From contig JBHJHA010000075.1 in the NCBI GenBank assembly GCA_050331235.1, positions 1 through 37,057 on the forward strand: a DNA stretch of 37,057 bases, in the 5' to 3' direction. This DNA is from Leptolyngbyaceae cyanobacterium. GTDB taxonomy: Bacteria; Cyanobacteriota; Cyanobacteriia; Phormidesmidales; Phormidesmidaceae. The position numbers and the translations under genes were made by a program. The notes beneath the pieces are model-generated. The model was not told the origin of the DNA and did no database searches. It saw only the letters and a list, made by a program, of their open reading frames with translations. Shown here piece by piece: positions 10,005 to 20,215 of the stretch. The stretch's first letter is position 1, and each line of letters starts with the position of its first letter.

Positions 10005-11522
10005 ATGCATAATACCGACGACTATCTCGAAAAAATTTTGACGGCGCGAGTTTACGACGTTGCGCAGGAGACTCCCTTAGAACGAGCACCTCGCCTGTCT
10101 GAACGTCTTCACAACACACTTTTGCTGAAGCGGGAAGACCTGCAGTCGGTGTTCTCGTTTAAACTGCGGGGTGCCTACAACAAAATGGCTCAACTATCGC
10201 CTGAGCGGTTAGCTCAGGGGGTCGTCGCGGCATCTGCCGGCAACCATGCTCAAGGGGTCGCCTTAGGGGCCAAATACTTAGGGAGTAAGGCCATTATCGT
10301 TATGCCTGAGACTACCCCAGAGCTCAAGGTTAAAGCGGTAGAAGCCCGGGGAGGAGTTGCCGTCCTGCACGGAGAAACCTTTGACGATGCCTATGCCCAT
10401 GCCTGTCAACTGGCTGCCGACAAGGGCATGACCCTGATCCATCCATTTAATGATCCCGCCGTGATCGCGGGTCAAGGCACCATCGGCATGGAAATTTTGC
10501 GGCAGCATCAGAAGCCGATTCACGCGATTTTTGTGGCAATCGGCGGCGGCGGGCTCATTTCCGGCATCGCAGCCTATGTCAAGCGGCTGCGCCCCGGTAT
10601 TCGTATCATTGGGGTGGAACCTGTGGATGCTGATGCCATGTACCAGTCATTGCGGGCTGGCAAACGGATCAAGCTTGACCAAGTCGGTTTATTTGCTGAC
10701 GGTGTTGCGGTTAAGCAGGTCGGCGAGGAAACTTTCCGTCTATGTCAGCAGTATGTCGACGAAGTCATTCGGGTGAATACGGATGATACCTGCGCGGCCA
10801 TCAAAGATGTCTTTGAAGATACGCGGTCAATTGTCGAACCGGCAGGGGCTTTGGCGATCGCTGGGGCCAAAGCCTACGTCGAGCGCGAGGGCATCACCGG
10901 AGAAACGCTAGTCGCCGTCGCCTGCGGAGCCAACATGAATTTTGATCGCCTCCGGTTTGTGGCCGAGCGCGCCGAGATGGGGGAACGACGCGAAGCTATT
11001 TTTGCTGTCAATATTCCCGAAGGACCCGGCAGTCTGCGCAAATTTTGTCGGTGCATTGGCAGACGCAACTTAACCGAATTTAACTACCGTATCGCCGATA
11101 AACAGGAAGCGCACATCTTCGTTGGGCTCCAAGTCGTTGATCGTCAAGATGCGGCGCAGATGGCAGCCACCTTCGAAGCTCACGGCTTCAAGACCCTGGA
11201 TCTCACCGACGATGAGCTCACCAAAATGCACTTGCGCCACATGGTTGGTGGGCGATCGCCTCTCGCCCATGATGAGCTGCTGTATCGCTTTGAGTTTCCC
11301 GAAAATCCGGGAGCATTGATGCGTTTTCTCAACTGCATGAGCCCCAACTGGAACATTAGCCTGTTCCACTACCGCAATAACGGGGCTGACTACGGCCGCA
11401 TCGTTATTGGCATTCAGGTGCCCCCTACAGAAATGGACGAGTGGCAGGCTTTCCTCCACACGGTGGGTTACCGTTACTGGAATGAAAGCCAGAATCTGGC
11501 CTATCACGTTTTTTTGGCTTAA
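10005..11522 (+). CDS. ilvA: Biosynthetic threonine ammonia-lyase
   Basis: KREDLQSVFSFKLRGAYNK, ASAGNHAQG, GANMNFDRLRFV and two C-terminal regulatory repeats. Confidence 0.98.
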   Translation: MHNTDDYLEKILTARVYDVAQETPLERAPRLSERLHNTLLLKREDLQSVFSFKLRGAYNKMAQLSPERLAQGVVAASAGNHAQGVALGAKYLGSKAIIVMPETTPELKVKAVEARGGVAVLHGETFDDAYAHACQLAADKGMTLIHPFNDPAVIAGQGTIGMEILRQHQKPIHAIFVAIGGGGLISGIAAYVKRLRPGIRIIGVEPVDADAMYQSLRAGKRIKLDQVGLFADGVAVKQVGEETFRLCQQYVDEVIRVNTDDTCAAIKDVFEDTRSIVEPAGALAIAGAKAYVEREGITGETLVAVACGANMNFDRLRFVAERAEMGERREAIFAVNIPEGPGSLRKFCRCIGRRNLTEFNYRIADKQEAHIFVGLQVVDRQDAAQMAATFEAHGFKTLDLTDDELTKMHLRHMVGGRSPLAHDELLYRFEFPENPGALMRFLNCMSPNWNISLFHYRNNGADYGRIVIGIQVPPTEMDEWQAFLHTVGYRYWNESQNLAYHVFLA

Positions 11523-11575
11523 GCTGACTAGATGCCCGCGATGAAGTTTGGGCATCAGCCAGCGAGGTTTGTCGA

Positions 11576-14500
11576 CTACGTTGTGATCAGTCCAGAGCCA
11601 CTCCGCCCCACCGCCGGAGACTCTTTGAAGGGTAGCTCAATGAGCTTGAGCAGCGCTGCGGTTGCATAGTTGCGACGTGTGGGCTCATTGGGAAGGAATT
11701 CATTGCTGCCCAATTCCCGAGGGGTCGCAATGCCCAGAGCGACCATCTGATCAATCGCCCCCTTGCCCCAGTGCTGGTCAGGCACATCGGCAAAAGGCGA
11801 CGAAGGTGTTATCTCATCCAAGTCAACCACCGACGCAATCGGTGTTCCTTCCCCATAGTTGGCAGTAACGACAAACTGCAAAGTGTTGGACAGCACCGCC
11901 ATCAGTTCAGCCCGAGTCAAGTCATTTTTAGGTCGAAAGAGGCCGGTATCTTTATCGCCACTCATGATGCTGGCATCGGCCACAAATTTAATCCGAGCCG
12001 CGAATAAATTACCAACCGGGACATCACGAAAGGGCGGTTCACCAAGCGTTTTTGAAATCTTGACCACCTCAGAGTCGTGAACCAAGTGCTGCAGAGCAGC
12101 GACTAGCATAGCGACCAGATGCTCCCGATGGATCGACTCAAGCGGATGGAAGTTACCGTCTTCATTGCCCGACACTATATGGTACCGATTAACCGCCTTG
12201 GTGATGGCCTCAGCGTAGGGATCGCTCACCACATCGATAAAGGCCATCTCACCTACAGGCTGTGGAGTCTCGGTATACATGAGCTGCAGCATGTGTACCC
12301 CAGTAGCCACCGTATAGTCTCGGCGCGCCAATGCATCCGGGGCAAACTGGGTGGGTTCAGCCGGATCTAGCGGTTGCGCGAGTCCAAGGATTCCCATGAT
12401 AGGCAGGAGGCCCGCCGCCCAGTGGTCGTTAGGAATGTCTTTGAAGGAATATCGATCAACCACTCCGGGATCGAAAATCTGGTCTAAGGGCTTATGTTCT
12501 CCAAAGTCTGCCCACACAGCATAGGCCAGAGCCTGATAGGTAATCGCCATCAGTTGCGATCGTCCCAACTGAGCTTCTGGAAAGAAGCGTCTGGTATCAT
12601 CCCCAGCGATAATTCCTGCTTGTTTGGCGAAATAAAGCTTAGGCGCACTCCAGCGATCGAGGGGCACATCCGAAAAGGGAGGCTGGGTCAACCCATCGGG
12701 GACCACAATTGCCCCTTTATTCGCCACGCGCTGTTGCAGGGCATCAATGAGAATCGAGAGTGCCTGTTCTCGATTCACTGGTGCATTGGGCCTAAATGTG
12801 CCATCCTCATAACCTTTAATCATTTGATATTGGCTAGCGGCAAGCTGAATCTCTTGCTGATAGGCGTTGTCATCCAGGTCAGAAAACGTTGGCGGTGGGC
12901 TTGGCTTAGTTTGAGGCGTTGGAGATATTTCGGTCTCGATCATGCGCACCATGGCCGCCGTCGCATAGTCCCGCTCAGCCGACTGGTCCGGCTTAAAGCT
13001 AGTCCCGGTCTCCTGATAGGCACTAACGATGCCCGTCGGCAGCAGGTCTCGTACCAAACTATAAGCCCAGTGAGTGTCAGGCACATCACCAAACTCAGAA
13101 AGCGGGGTCTCCCCTGCAGCCAGAACATTATTGAGCGTAGCAGTTTCACCTAAATCGTGGTGAACGATATAACTCAGACCGTTGTGGATCATGGAAATGA
13201 GTTGCGCCCGGCTAAGACGATCTAGCGGACGGAAGAAGCCGTTGTCATCTCCGCTAACTAAATTGGCAGATTTAGCAAACTGGATCTTGGTCGCATTTTC
13301 ACCGGCTTTTACATCCACAAACGGAGGGGGATCACTCAGCATCTCTGGAATCTGGATCACCTCGGGGGGCAATATCTTCTGCATGGCATTGATCAGCAGT
13401 GCAACCGCCTGCTCACGACTGAGAGGGTCCGTCGGATGAAACTTGCCATCTTCATAGCCGGCAACGATGCGATATTGATTGGCAGCTTTGATGATTTCGT
13501 CTTTATACAAGTTGCTGCCAATGTCAGAGAAAGTTTTCACCGGAGCCGGCTTTGTTTCTAACCCGGGTTTACGGTTGAACTGGGCCTCTAGCATTCTCAC
13601 CAGGGCCGCGGCGGTAAAGCCACGGGTGGCATCGGTATCGGGTGCAAAGGTTTGCTGGGCTTCATCAGCGGCTGAGGCAATGCCGTAAGTGGTCAATTCG
13701 CGGATGGGGTCTTCGCCCCAATGTTCAGCGATGTCGGTGTAAGTAACATTGGGCACTAGTGCCTGAATGATCTCGTTGAGCTCAGTCGTTGTGCTGTAGT
13801 TTTCATTGACGACTACTTGCAAGCCATTGCGAAGAATTACCATCAGCCCTGCCCGGCTCAGCGTAGCATCAGGATAGGCTTTATTTTGGTCATCGCCAGC
13901 TAAGAGGCCAGATTGATTCGCATAGTAAAACTGCCGGGCACTTTTGTGATCTTTTGGCACATCGACAAACGGAGCAGTTTCTAGTTCATCAGGGACGGCG
14001 ATCGCCCCAGCATCTACCAGCATCAGCGCCATCGCCCGGAGGAGCAGTATGATGACATTTTCTCGAGTGACCGCCCGCTCAGGCTTAAAGGTGCCGTCTT
14101 CATACCCCGACAGCAGGTGATAGGTATTGGCCGCCTTCAGGATTTCTGACTGATACGGACTGTCGGCAATATCGGGAAAGGTCTTTTGATCACCCGTGGC
14201 TGATTCTTCGCCCTCGCCCATCGGCGTCATCGGCTGGGAGGTAGTGCCGCTCTCCTGCTTAGAGGCAAAGATGGGGCGGGTCACAACGGAATGATCCGTC
14301 TCGCCGCAGCGACTATCTAAGTAAATGATGACATCGCCTTCAATTGTGCTGTCAACTGTTGAGACATCCCAAGTTGTGGCGATATTGCCCCCCATACAGT
14401 AAACGTAATGGGTTTTATCGCCGGCCTTGGGTTCAGCCTCAATTTCGTGCCAGTAGGCATAGTCATTGCTCGCCACTTTTTCAAACAGTCGAGTGGCAAT

Positions 14501-14761
14501 TTCACGGTTGTAAATAAACGTTTGATATCGGGGATCCCGTTTATTCAAAATAATGCGTAAGGCAACGCAGCGCTCCTTGCGATGCAGGCTGATGATCCCC
14601 GTTAGCACAACCGGAAATACATCTTTGAGATAGCGAGTGCCATGTAAGTAAAAGTCGGTTTGCTTTTCCGCACTGTATTGATGATTAATGGAAGGTCCGA
14701 GATAGGTCTGGACAACTTCGAGGGGCTGACCGAGCAAGGACCAAGTCACAACGCTATTCAT
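11576..14761 (-). CDS. Large S-layer homology (SLH) repeat protein: four modules of three SLH motifs plus an unknown N-terminal domain
   Basis: Repeated FxD[IV]...G[YN]EDGxFxP....R motifs, e.g. TFPDIADSPY..GYEDGTFKPERAVTRE, TFSDIGSNLY..GYEDGKFHPTDPLSRE, TFSDLDDNAY..GYEDGTFRPNAPVNRE and AFIDVVSDPY..GNEDGNFHPLESIHRE. Confidence 0.9.
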   Translation of the reverse strand: MNSVVTWSLLGQPLEVVQTYLGPSINHQYSAEKQTDFYLHGTRYLKDVFPVVLTGIISLHRKERCVALRIILNKRDPRYQTFIYNREIATRLFEKVASNDYAYWHEIEAEPKAGDKTHYVYCMGGNIATTWDVSTVDSTIEGDVIIYLDSRCGETDHSVVTRPIFASKQESGTTSQPMTPMGEGEESATGDQKTFPDIADSPYQSEILKAANTYHLLSGYEDGTFKPERAVTRENVIILLLRAMALMLVDAGAIAVPDELETAPFVDVPKDHKSARQFYYANQSGLLAGDDQNKAYPDATLSRAGLMVILRNGLQVVVNENYSTTTELNEIIQALVPNVTYTDIAEHWGEDPIRELTTYGIASAADEAQQTFAPDTDATRGFTAAALVRMLEAQFNRKPGLETKPAPVKTFSDIGSNLYKDEIIKAANQYRIVAGYEDGKFHPTDPLSREQAVALLINAMQKILPPEVIQIPEMLSDPPPFVDVKAGENATKIQFAKSANLVSGDDNGFFRPLDRLSRAQLISMIHNGLSYIVHHDLGETATLNNVLAAGETPLSEFGDVPDTHWAYSLVRDLLPTGIVSAYQETGTSFKPDQSAERDYATAAMVRMIETEISPTPQTKPSPPPTFSDLDDNAYQQEIQLAASQYQMIKGYEDGTFRPNAPVNREQALSILIDALQQRVANKGAIVVPDGLTQPPFSDVPLDRWSAPKLYFAKQAGIIAGDDTRRFFPEAQLGRSQLMAITYQALAYAVWADFGEHKPLDQIFDPGVVDRYSFKDIPNDHWAAGLLPIMGILGLAQPLDPAEPTQFAPDALARRDYTVATGVHMLQLMYTETPQPVGEMAFIDVVSDPYAEAITKAVNRYHIVSGNEDGNFHPLESIHREHLVAMLVAALQHLVHDSEVVKISKTLGEPPFRDVPVGNLFAARIKFVADASIMSGDKDTGLFRPKNDLTRAELMAVLSNTLQFVVTANYGEGTPIASVVDLDEITPSSPFADVPDQHWGKGAIDQMVALGIATPRELGSNEFLPNEPTRRNYATAALLKLIELPFKESPAVGRSGSGLITT

Positions 14762-15109
14762 GGGCTATATGCAGTAAAAAGGTAAAGGCCGAGCGCTCAC
14801 CGGGGCAGAGGATGGAGCAGTTTGTTCGTACCGAACAATATCGCCTTTTTCTCTAAACATGAGGTTAAGGGACGAGGTTGAGAGAAGGCGTTTGAGGACC
14901 TGCCAAAGTCGCTGCTCCAGACGACATTGCCATGCTGAGCCCGGGTTCACCCTCCATCATTTCCTGCCAGGCCAATTTGCTGACCAGGTGCCCATAGTCG
15001 CGAAGCCGATATCCCAATAGCTCGGCGCTAGAGTCGTTACTATAGGCAAACAAGCAGCGCCTATGCCCAACTCACGGGTCCCCCTAGCGCAATCTTCTAC
15101 TCTTTATGT

Positions 15110-17872
15110 ATGCAGATCCTTTCCGTCACACTCAAAAACTTCAAGACACACCAAGACAAACACTTTACGTTTGCCCCCGGGACCAACGCTATCTGTGGTG
15201 AAAACGGTGCCGGCAAGACAAGCATTCTAGAAGCGATCGCCTGGGTCTTGTTTAACTATGTGGGTCATTACGCCAAAGATGATTTGATCCGCAATGGCAG
15301 CAGTAGCGCCGAAGTCACTGTCGACTTTGTCTCTAACCTCGATGGTCGCACCTACGCAGTGCAGCGCCATACCAACAGGGGCTACACCCTGTTTGACCCG
15401 CAGCTAAATGAGCGCCTACCTTACAACCGCATCAAAGATGAAGTGTTGCCGTGGCTCTGCGACCATTTTGGCATTGCTAGAGGAACCGACTTAGGCGAGC
15501 TGTTTGCCCGGACCGTGGGCGTGCCCCAGGGCACCTTTACCGCTGACTTTTTGCAATCAGCGGAAAACCGCAAAGCTGTCTTTGACAAGGTGCTCAAGGT
15601 CGAAGAGTACAAAACCGTTTACAAAGACCTCAACACTCTGCGCCGGTTAGCAGAGGATAAAGTCACCGCTGTAGACACTGAAATCGCCACCTATGAAGAG
15701 CGCTTAGCCATTTGGGAGGAGTTGCAGACCCGCTACCGGCAAATTAGCGATGACATTGCTCAAAACACCGTCCAGCTTGAGACTTTAGCCGAAAAATTAG
15801 TCACCCTTGAGCAGACTCGCAGGACACTGCAAAGCCAGGCGGAGCAGCGCCAAACGTTGACCAGCCAGCGGCAGCAGGTCCAGGCTAATATCGCGGGGCA
15901 GCAGCAAACGATCGCGCTACTGTCACAAAATCTCGCCCAGGCTCAAACCGCCGCGAAAATTTGCGCTGATAACCAGACTGCGTATCAGGCTTACCAAAAA
16001 GTCGAAGCTGAGCTCCAAGCTTTAGGGCAACAGCAGAGCAGTCGCCATGTTACACAAAAAAAGCAGCAGCAGCTACAAAAGACCTTAGATAACCGGGCTG
16101 CCGACATGGCACGGCTGAAGGTACAGCTTGACAACTGCATAGCGGCGGCAGCCGAAATTGAGCGGTTGCAGCCAGATGTGCAGCAGCAAGTTGCCTTAGA
16201 GACTCAACTACAAGCTCTACAACAAGACCAAACTGCCTTAGCGCAAATCCGTGGCGAGCTTCAAGCCAGCCAACAGCAGATTACTCAGTCTGCTCAGCAG
16301 ATACAACAGCTCACCCAAGATATTGAGCAGTTACAAGCATTGACCCCTAAGGTTGCGACGATCCCCCAGGTAGAACAACAGCGCGATCGCCTTCAGCAAC
16401 AGCTCAGCCGCATTGAAGCCGCCCGCCAGTTTGAAGCTGAGCTTCGCCACCTCGTCCAGACAGGGGAAACCGTGTTAGAGCAACATCGCGCTGAGGCCAG
16501 CACCAGCCTCACCATACTGGGGGAGCTGCGGGCCAGCTTGTCTGGTCAGCCTGCCGCGGCGATCGCCCAGCTAGGTCAAACCCTAGAAGCCGGCATCACA
16601 ATCAACGACACCCTGCTATCAAAAATTCAGCAAATCCTGGCTGATCTCTCATCCCAGACGAACGCTGACAAGCTGCAATCGCAGCTTCACCAACTGCAGC
16701 AAAGCCTCCGTCAGCTCCGTCAGCAGCAAGGACAGCTCGCTGTCTTACCAGAGCGACGGCAAACGCTGGCCCATCTGCAACAGCAGCAAACTGAGCTGAC
16801 AGCCAGGACCCAGACCCTACAAAGCCAGCTCACAGCGGGAGAAACCGTGACAACTCACCTGGCCGAGGTCCGTGCTGAACTCGCTGCTTTAAATGACCCT
16901 AAGGGGAGATGTACGATTTTGGCGCGATCACAGCAGCAACAGCCACAACTGCAACAGCGCTATCAAGACATGCAGACAGCTCAGACGGGTATTCAAACCC
17001 AGATTGACGAGTTAGCCGACCAGCTAGCCGTATTGGCTGAGCTGGACACGACCATTGCCCAGCAGCAGGCGATAAAGCAAGTCCATCAGGCGGGATATCT
17101 ACAATATCTGCAGCATGAGCAGACGGCCCAGGCATGCGATCGCCTATCCCAGGAACTCACCACCGCGCAGCAAGCCCTGGATGAACTGCAGCAGTCTGAG
17201 GTGCAGCTGCAGGCTCAACTGGATGAGCTGCAAGGAACTTTTGACCCACAAAAGGCTCAGGAGGTTGAAGAGACCTATCAGACTGTACGGTCAGACCGCG
17301 ATCGCTTAGAGGGCAGCTTGCCTGCCCAGCGACAAGTATTGCAAACCCTGCAACAGCAAATCGATGAACTGAAAGGATTGGCCCAGAAGCGAGATGCTGC
17401 CATAGCCATCCGTAAACATCGAGAGCGGATCAAACGGTTCGTCAATTTTGCCCGCAAAGCCTATAAGGAAGCAGGCCCCCGCATTACGGAACGGTATGTG
17501 CAGCAAATTTCCCGGGAAGGCGATCGCCTATTTCGCGAACTGCTCAACCGCCATAACGTTGCCCTCACCTGGACACGTGACTATGAAATCCTGGTGCAGG
17601 AAGGTCCTAACACTCGTCGCTTTATCAACCTGTCGGGAGGAGAGCAGATGTGTGCGGCTTTGGCAGTCAGACTGGCGCTGCTAAAAGTGTTGGCCGATAT
17701 TGACATTGCCTTTTTTGATGAGCCCACCACCAATATGGACCGTTTGCGGCGAGAAAGCCTCGCCGAGGCGATCGCTCGCATTCGCAGCTTTAGCCAACTC
17801 TTTGTCATCAGTCACGACGACACTTTTGAAAAGGTCACAGAAAACGTCATCGTAGTTGAACGCGAATCATAA
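15110..17872 (+). CDS. sbcC: SbcC/Rad50-like SMC-family ATPase
   Basis: Walker A GENGAGKT, Q-loop VPQG, a long Gln-rich coiled coil, signature LSGGE, Walker B/D-loop FFDEPTTNMD and H-loop VISH. Confidence 0.85.
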   Translation: MQILSVTLKNFKTHQDKHFTFAPGTNAICGENGAGKTSILEAIAWVLFNYVGHYAKDDLIRNGSSSAEVTVDFVSNLDGRTYAVQRHTNRGYTLFDPQLNERLPYNRIKDEVLPWLCDHFGIARGTDLGELFARTVGVPQGTFTADFLQSAENRKAVFDKVLKVEEYKTVYKDLNTLRRLAEDKVTAVDTEIATYEERLAIWEELQTRYRQISDDIAQNTVQLETLAEKLVTLEQTRRTLQSQAEQRQTLTSQRQQVQANIAGQQQTIALLSQNLAQAQTAAKICADNQTAYQAYQKVEAELQALGQQQSSRHVTQKKQQQLQKTLDNRAADMARLKVQLDNCIAAAAEIERLQPDVQQQVALETQLQALQQDQTALAQIRGELQASQQQITQSAQQIQQLTQDIEQLQALTPKVATIPQVEQQRDRLQQQLSRIEAARQFEAELRHLVQTGETVLEQHRAEASTSLTILGELRASLSGQPAAAIAQLGQTLEAGITINDTLLSKIQQILADLSSQTNADKLQSQLHQLQQSLRQLRQQQGQLAVLPERRQTLAHLQQQQTELTARTQTLQSQLTAGETVTTHLAEVRAELAALNDPKGRCTILARSQQQQPQLQQRYQDMQTAQTGIQTQIDELADQLAVLAELDTTIAQQQAIKQVHQAGYLQYLQHEQTAQACDRLSQELTTAQQALDELQQSEVQLQAQLDELQGTFDPQKAQEVEETYQTVRSDRDRLEGSLPAQRQVLQTLQQQIDELKGLAQKRDAAIAIRKHRERIKRFVNFARKAYKEAGPRITERYVQQISREGDRLFRELLNRHNVALTWTRDYEILVQEGPNTRRFINLSGGEQMCAALAVRLALLKVLADIDIAFFDEPTTNMDRLRRESLAEAIARIRSFSQLFVISHDDTFEKVTENVIVVERES

Positions 17873-18121
17873 CCAGTCCGGACTTCAGGATGAAGCCTAT
17901 CCGTAGCTGGACCACAAAGGCGAGAAAGCAAAGACCAAGCTCACTAAATGATGCTCTGGTCAGCACTTGGAGCGCCGTTATACCAATTCTCTGTAATAGT
18001 GCTACAGATTTGAAGATCCCCCGCTGTCGCTGCTCCCTTAAAAAAGAGGCTTTGAAGGATCTACGTATAGTCGTGATTCGCAGAAATAGCGTTAATCCTG
18101 GCTCCAAACAGGATGAGAGAC

Positions 18122-18149
18122 AAAAAAAGAGTGCCGTTATGACACTCTT
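18122..18149 (-). terminator. Intrinsic terminator of petCA
   Basis: Minus strand AAGAGTGTC-ATAAC-GGCACTCTT running into a U-tract, about 35 nt after the petA stop. Confidence 0.75.
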
Positions 18150-18183
18150 GCAACCGCTGATATTAACAAGGATAAGGTCAGCC

Positions 18184-19182
18184 TTAGAGGTTGAGGCCCT
18201 CGGCCGCCTGTACTCGCTCGACTTGCTTCTTCTTCAAAACCAACATGATTTGGGTCAACATGACTGCGGCCAGGAAAGCCATCAGACCTTTGATGCGGCC
18301 AGGGCTCTGTAACACAATTTCAGTATCTGCCTGACCAAAGCCACCCATATTGGGGTTAGAGGTCAATAGGCCACCCGCCGTTACAGATTCTCCTTCGGCC
18401 ACCATGAGCTCAGGTCCAGCCGGGATGGAAACCACCTCAGAAGAACCGTCCGCAGCATCCACAGTCACCTCATAACCACCGGCATCCAGCGTGTTCACAG
18501 CGCTGATAGTACCCGCAATCGGCGACTTGAAAGCCGTGTTATTGCTGTTTTGCCCATTGGGGTAAACCTGGCCGCGGCCGCGGTTGCCACCAACATGAAC
18601 GGCATATTTACCGAATTTGATGTTTTTATCCGTGGCCGGATCAGGAGACAGAATCGGAAAAACAATTTCCTGATACTGCTCACCGGGTATCGGGCCCACC
18701 AAAAGAATGTTGTCCTGCTCTTCGGAATAAGGTAAGAAATAGGTATTACCCACTTCTTCTTGCAGCTCTTCGGGAATACGATCCGCTGGCGCTATTTTGA
18801 AGCCTTCAGGCAACATCAGTACGGCACCAACATTGAGCCCTCCCTTACTGCCATCGCCTAATACCTGCTGGGTATCGAGGTCATAGGGCACCTTGACAAC
18901 TGCCTTAAACACAGAGTCGGGCTTAACGGATTGGGGGACTTCAACGTAGGTCGGCTTTTCTGCCAAGTGACAGTTGGCGCACACAATGCGGCCAGTTGCC
19001 TCGCGGGGAGAATCATAATTTTCTTGAGCCCAGAAGGGGTAGGCCTGGGCAGCATCTGGCATAGCTACAACACCAGAGACAAGCATCAAAGCTGCTGCGA
19101 TCGCAACGGACAGTCGCTTGGTCACCTCTAAACAGCGCCAAGCTGGCTCACGAAGACAGCTTCTAAGTATTGAGGTCTTCAT
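18184..19182 (-). CDS. petA: Apocytochrome f precursor
   Basis: Signal peptide ending [10 protein letters not shown], heme motif [16 protein letters not shown] and C-terminal TM followed by LKKKQVE. The true start is probably ATG 19182; the ORF-track extension overlaps petC. Confidence 0.97.
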   Translation of the reverse strand: MKTSILRSCLREPAWRCLEVTKRLSVAIAAALMLVSGVVAMPDAAQAYPFWAQENYDSPREATGRIVCANCHLAEKPTYVEVPQSVKPDSVFKAVVKVPYDLDTQQVLGDGSKGGLNVGAVLMLPEGFKIAPADRIPEELQEEVGNTYFLPYSEEQDNILLVGPIPGEQYQEIVFPILSPDPATDKNIKFGKYAVHVGGNRGRGQVYPNGQNSNNTAFKSPIAGTISAVNTLDAGGYEVTVDAADGSSEVVSIPAGPELMVAEGESVTAGGLLTSNPNMGGFGQADTEIVLQSPGRIKGLMAFLAAVMLTQIMLVLKKKQVERVQAAEGLNL

Positions 19183-19252
19183 CGGAAGTTTCGTTATCCA
19201 AACTTGAAATACAACACAGCAAACCAGAGTCATGGGCCGTTGCCTCAATCCT

Positions 19253-19795
19253 CTAAGTCCACCAAGGGGACTCGCCCGTACGGAAATCAGTCTCTGTCCA
19301 CTCGGACAACGCCACCTTATCGTCATCCGTCACGTCGGCATGGGCCAAAGCCAACGACAGGGGAGCCGGTCCACGGACAACTTTCCCTGTAGCATCGTAT
19401 TGCGACCCATGACAAGGGCAGATGAATTTATTCTCACTGCCGTTCCAAGGCACCACACAGCCCAAGTGGGTACAGACCGAGTTAATTCCATAATTTTCCA
19501 GATTCCCATCCTCGGTTACCACAAGATAGGTTGGGTCACCTTAGAGGCCCTGCGCTAAGACTCGGGATTCGGGGCCATTGGCCTCCAGAAATTCACTCGC
19601 GACCACATCATTGCCAAGAGAATCTTTAGCGATGGTGCCACCACCAGCCGGCCCGCTAGAGGGCGGCACAAAGTAGCGGACCACCGGATATAACATTCCA
19701 CCGACCGCTCCAGATGCTGCTCCGAGGGTCAATAGATTCATAAACTGACGACGCCCCAAACCGGGCGTATCAGACATTCCAGAAGCTTGAGTCAT
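19253..19795 (-). pseudogene. petC: Cytochrome b6f Rieske iron-sulfur subunit interrupted by an in-frame TAA at 19541-19543 (real nonsense allele or sequence error)
   Basis: The two ORFs share one frame: ...GCG CAG GGC CTC TAA GGT GAC CCA ACC TAT CTT GTG = AQGL*GDPTYLV. Read through, the gene gives 180 aa with RRQFMN, a TM helix, CTHLGC and CPCHGS. Confidence 0.9.
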
Positions 19796-20215
19796 AGTCT
19801 TAAAGACAATTCATCGATGAGCAACAAATGTACCAAAATTTTCACCAACTATAGTTGGCTTAACCCATCTCATAAACAACTGAAAAGCTTATGAGATGAG
19901 ACATTCTGGCGACCAGCAAGATAAAAATGAGGCCGTATTCTTAATACGTATTATTGCATTTTGATGTCGGCAACATTAACCATTAGCCTACTCACAGGAG
20001 GGATCAAGCTCGATCATTTTGATTTCTCAGCCGAAAAAACTGCTCCCAACTCCTGATCGAGATCGCCAACTTGGCGCTGCCCATGTGACTAGAACCCCTG
20101 CCCCACAGGCCATTCAAGAATCGAGCCGTTAATCCCCCACCGCACTTCATCCCGCCGGAGACAGATCAGAAGAAGCGTGTTACGAAATATAAAGACACAT
20201 CAGGAGTACAAGGGT

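Noticed and set aside
12494..13153. 219-aa plus-strand ORF and similar antisense ORFs inside long genes
   Set aside because: Shadows of well-supported opposite-strand CDSs.
14765..14950. 61-aa ORF in frame with the SLH gene, separated by TAG-CCC; considered as a lost N-terminus or readthrough
   Set aside because: It has no signal-peptide character or recognisable motif, and in-frame adjacency has a 1-in-3 chance.
14865..15053. 62-aa minus-strand ORF between the SLH gene and sbcC
   Set aside because: Weak start, no recognisable family, and it lies in a divergent promoter region.
15700..17400. CAG-rich low-complexity stretch resembling a repeat array
   Set aside because: Explained by the Gln-rich coiled-coil coding of SbcC; no fixed repeat/spacer structure, so not CRISPR.
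17890..18312. 140-aa plus-strand ORF after sbcC
   Set aside because: It overlaps the petA 3' end and its terminator, and the composition is not protein-like.
19183..19326. 48-aa N-terminal extension of petA in the ORF track
   Set aside because: It overlaps the petC 3' end; ATG 19182 gives a normal-length cytochrome f precursor.
19253..19522. Treating the petC C-terminal half as an independent soluble Rieske gene
   Set aside because: It starts mid-domain at an internal Val codon in frame with the N-terminal half; a single nonsense change explains both ORFs.
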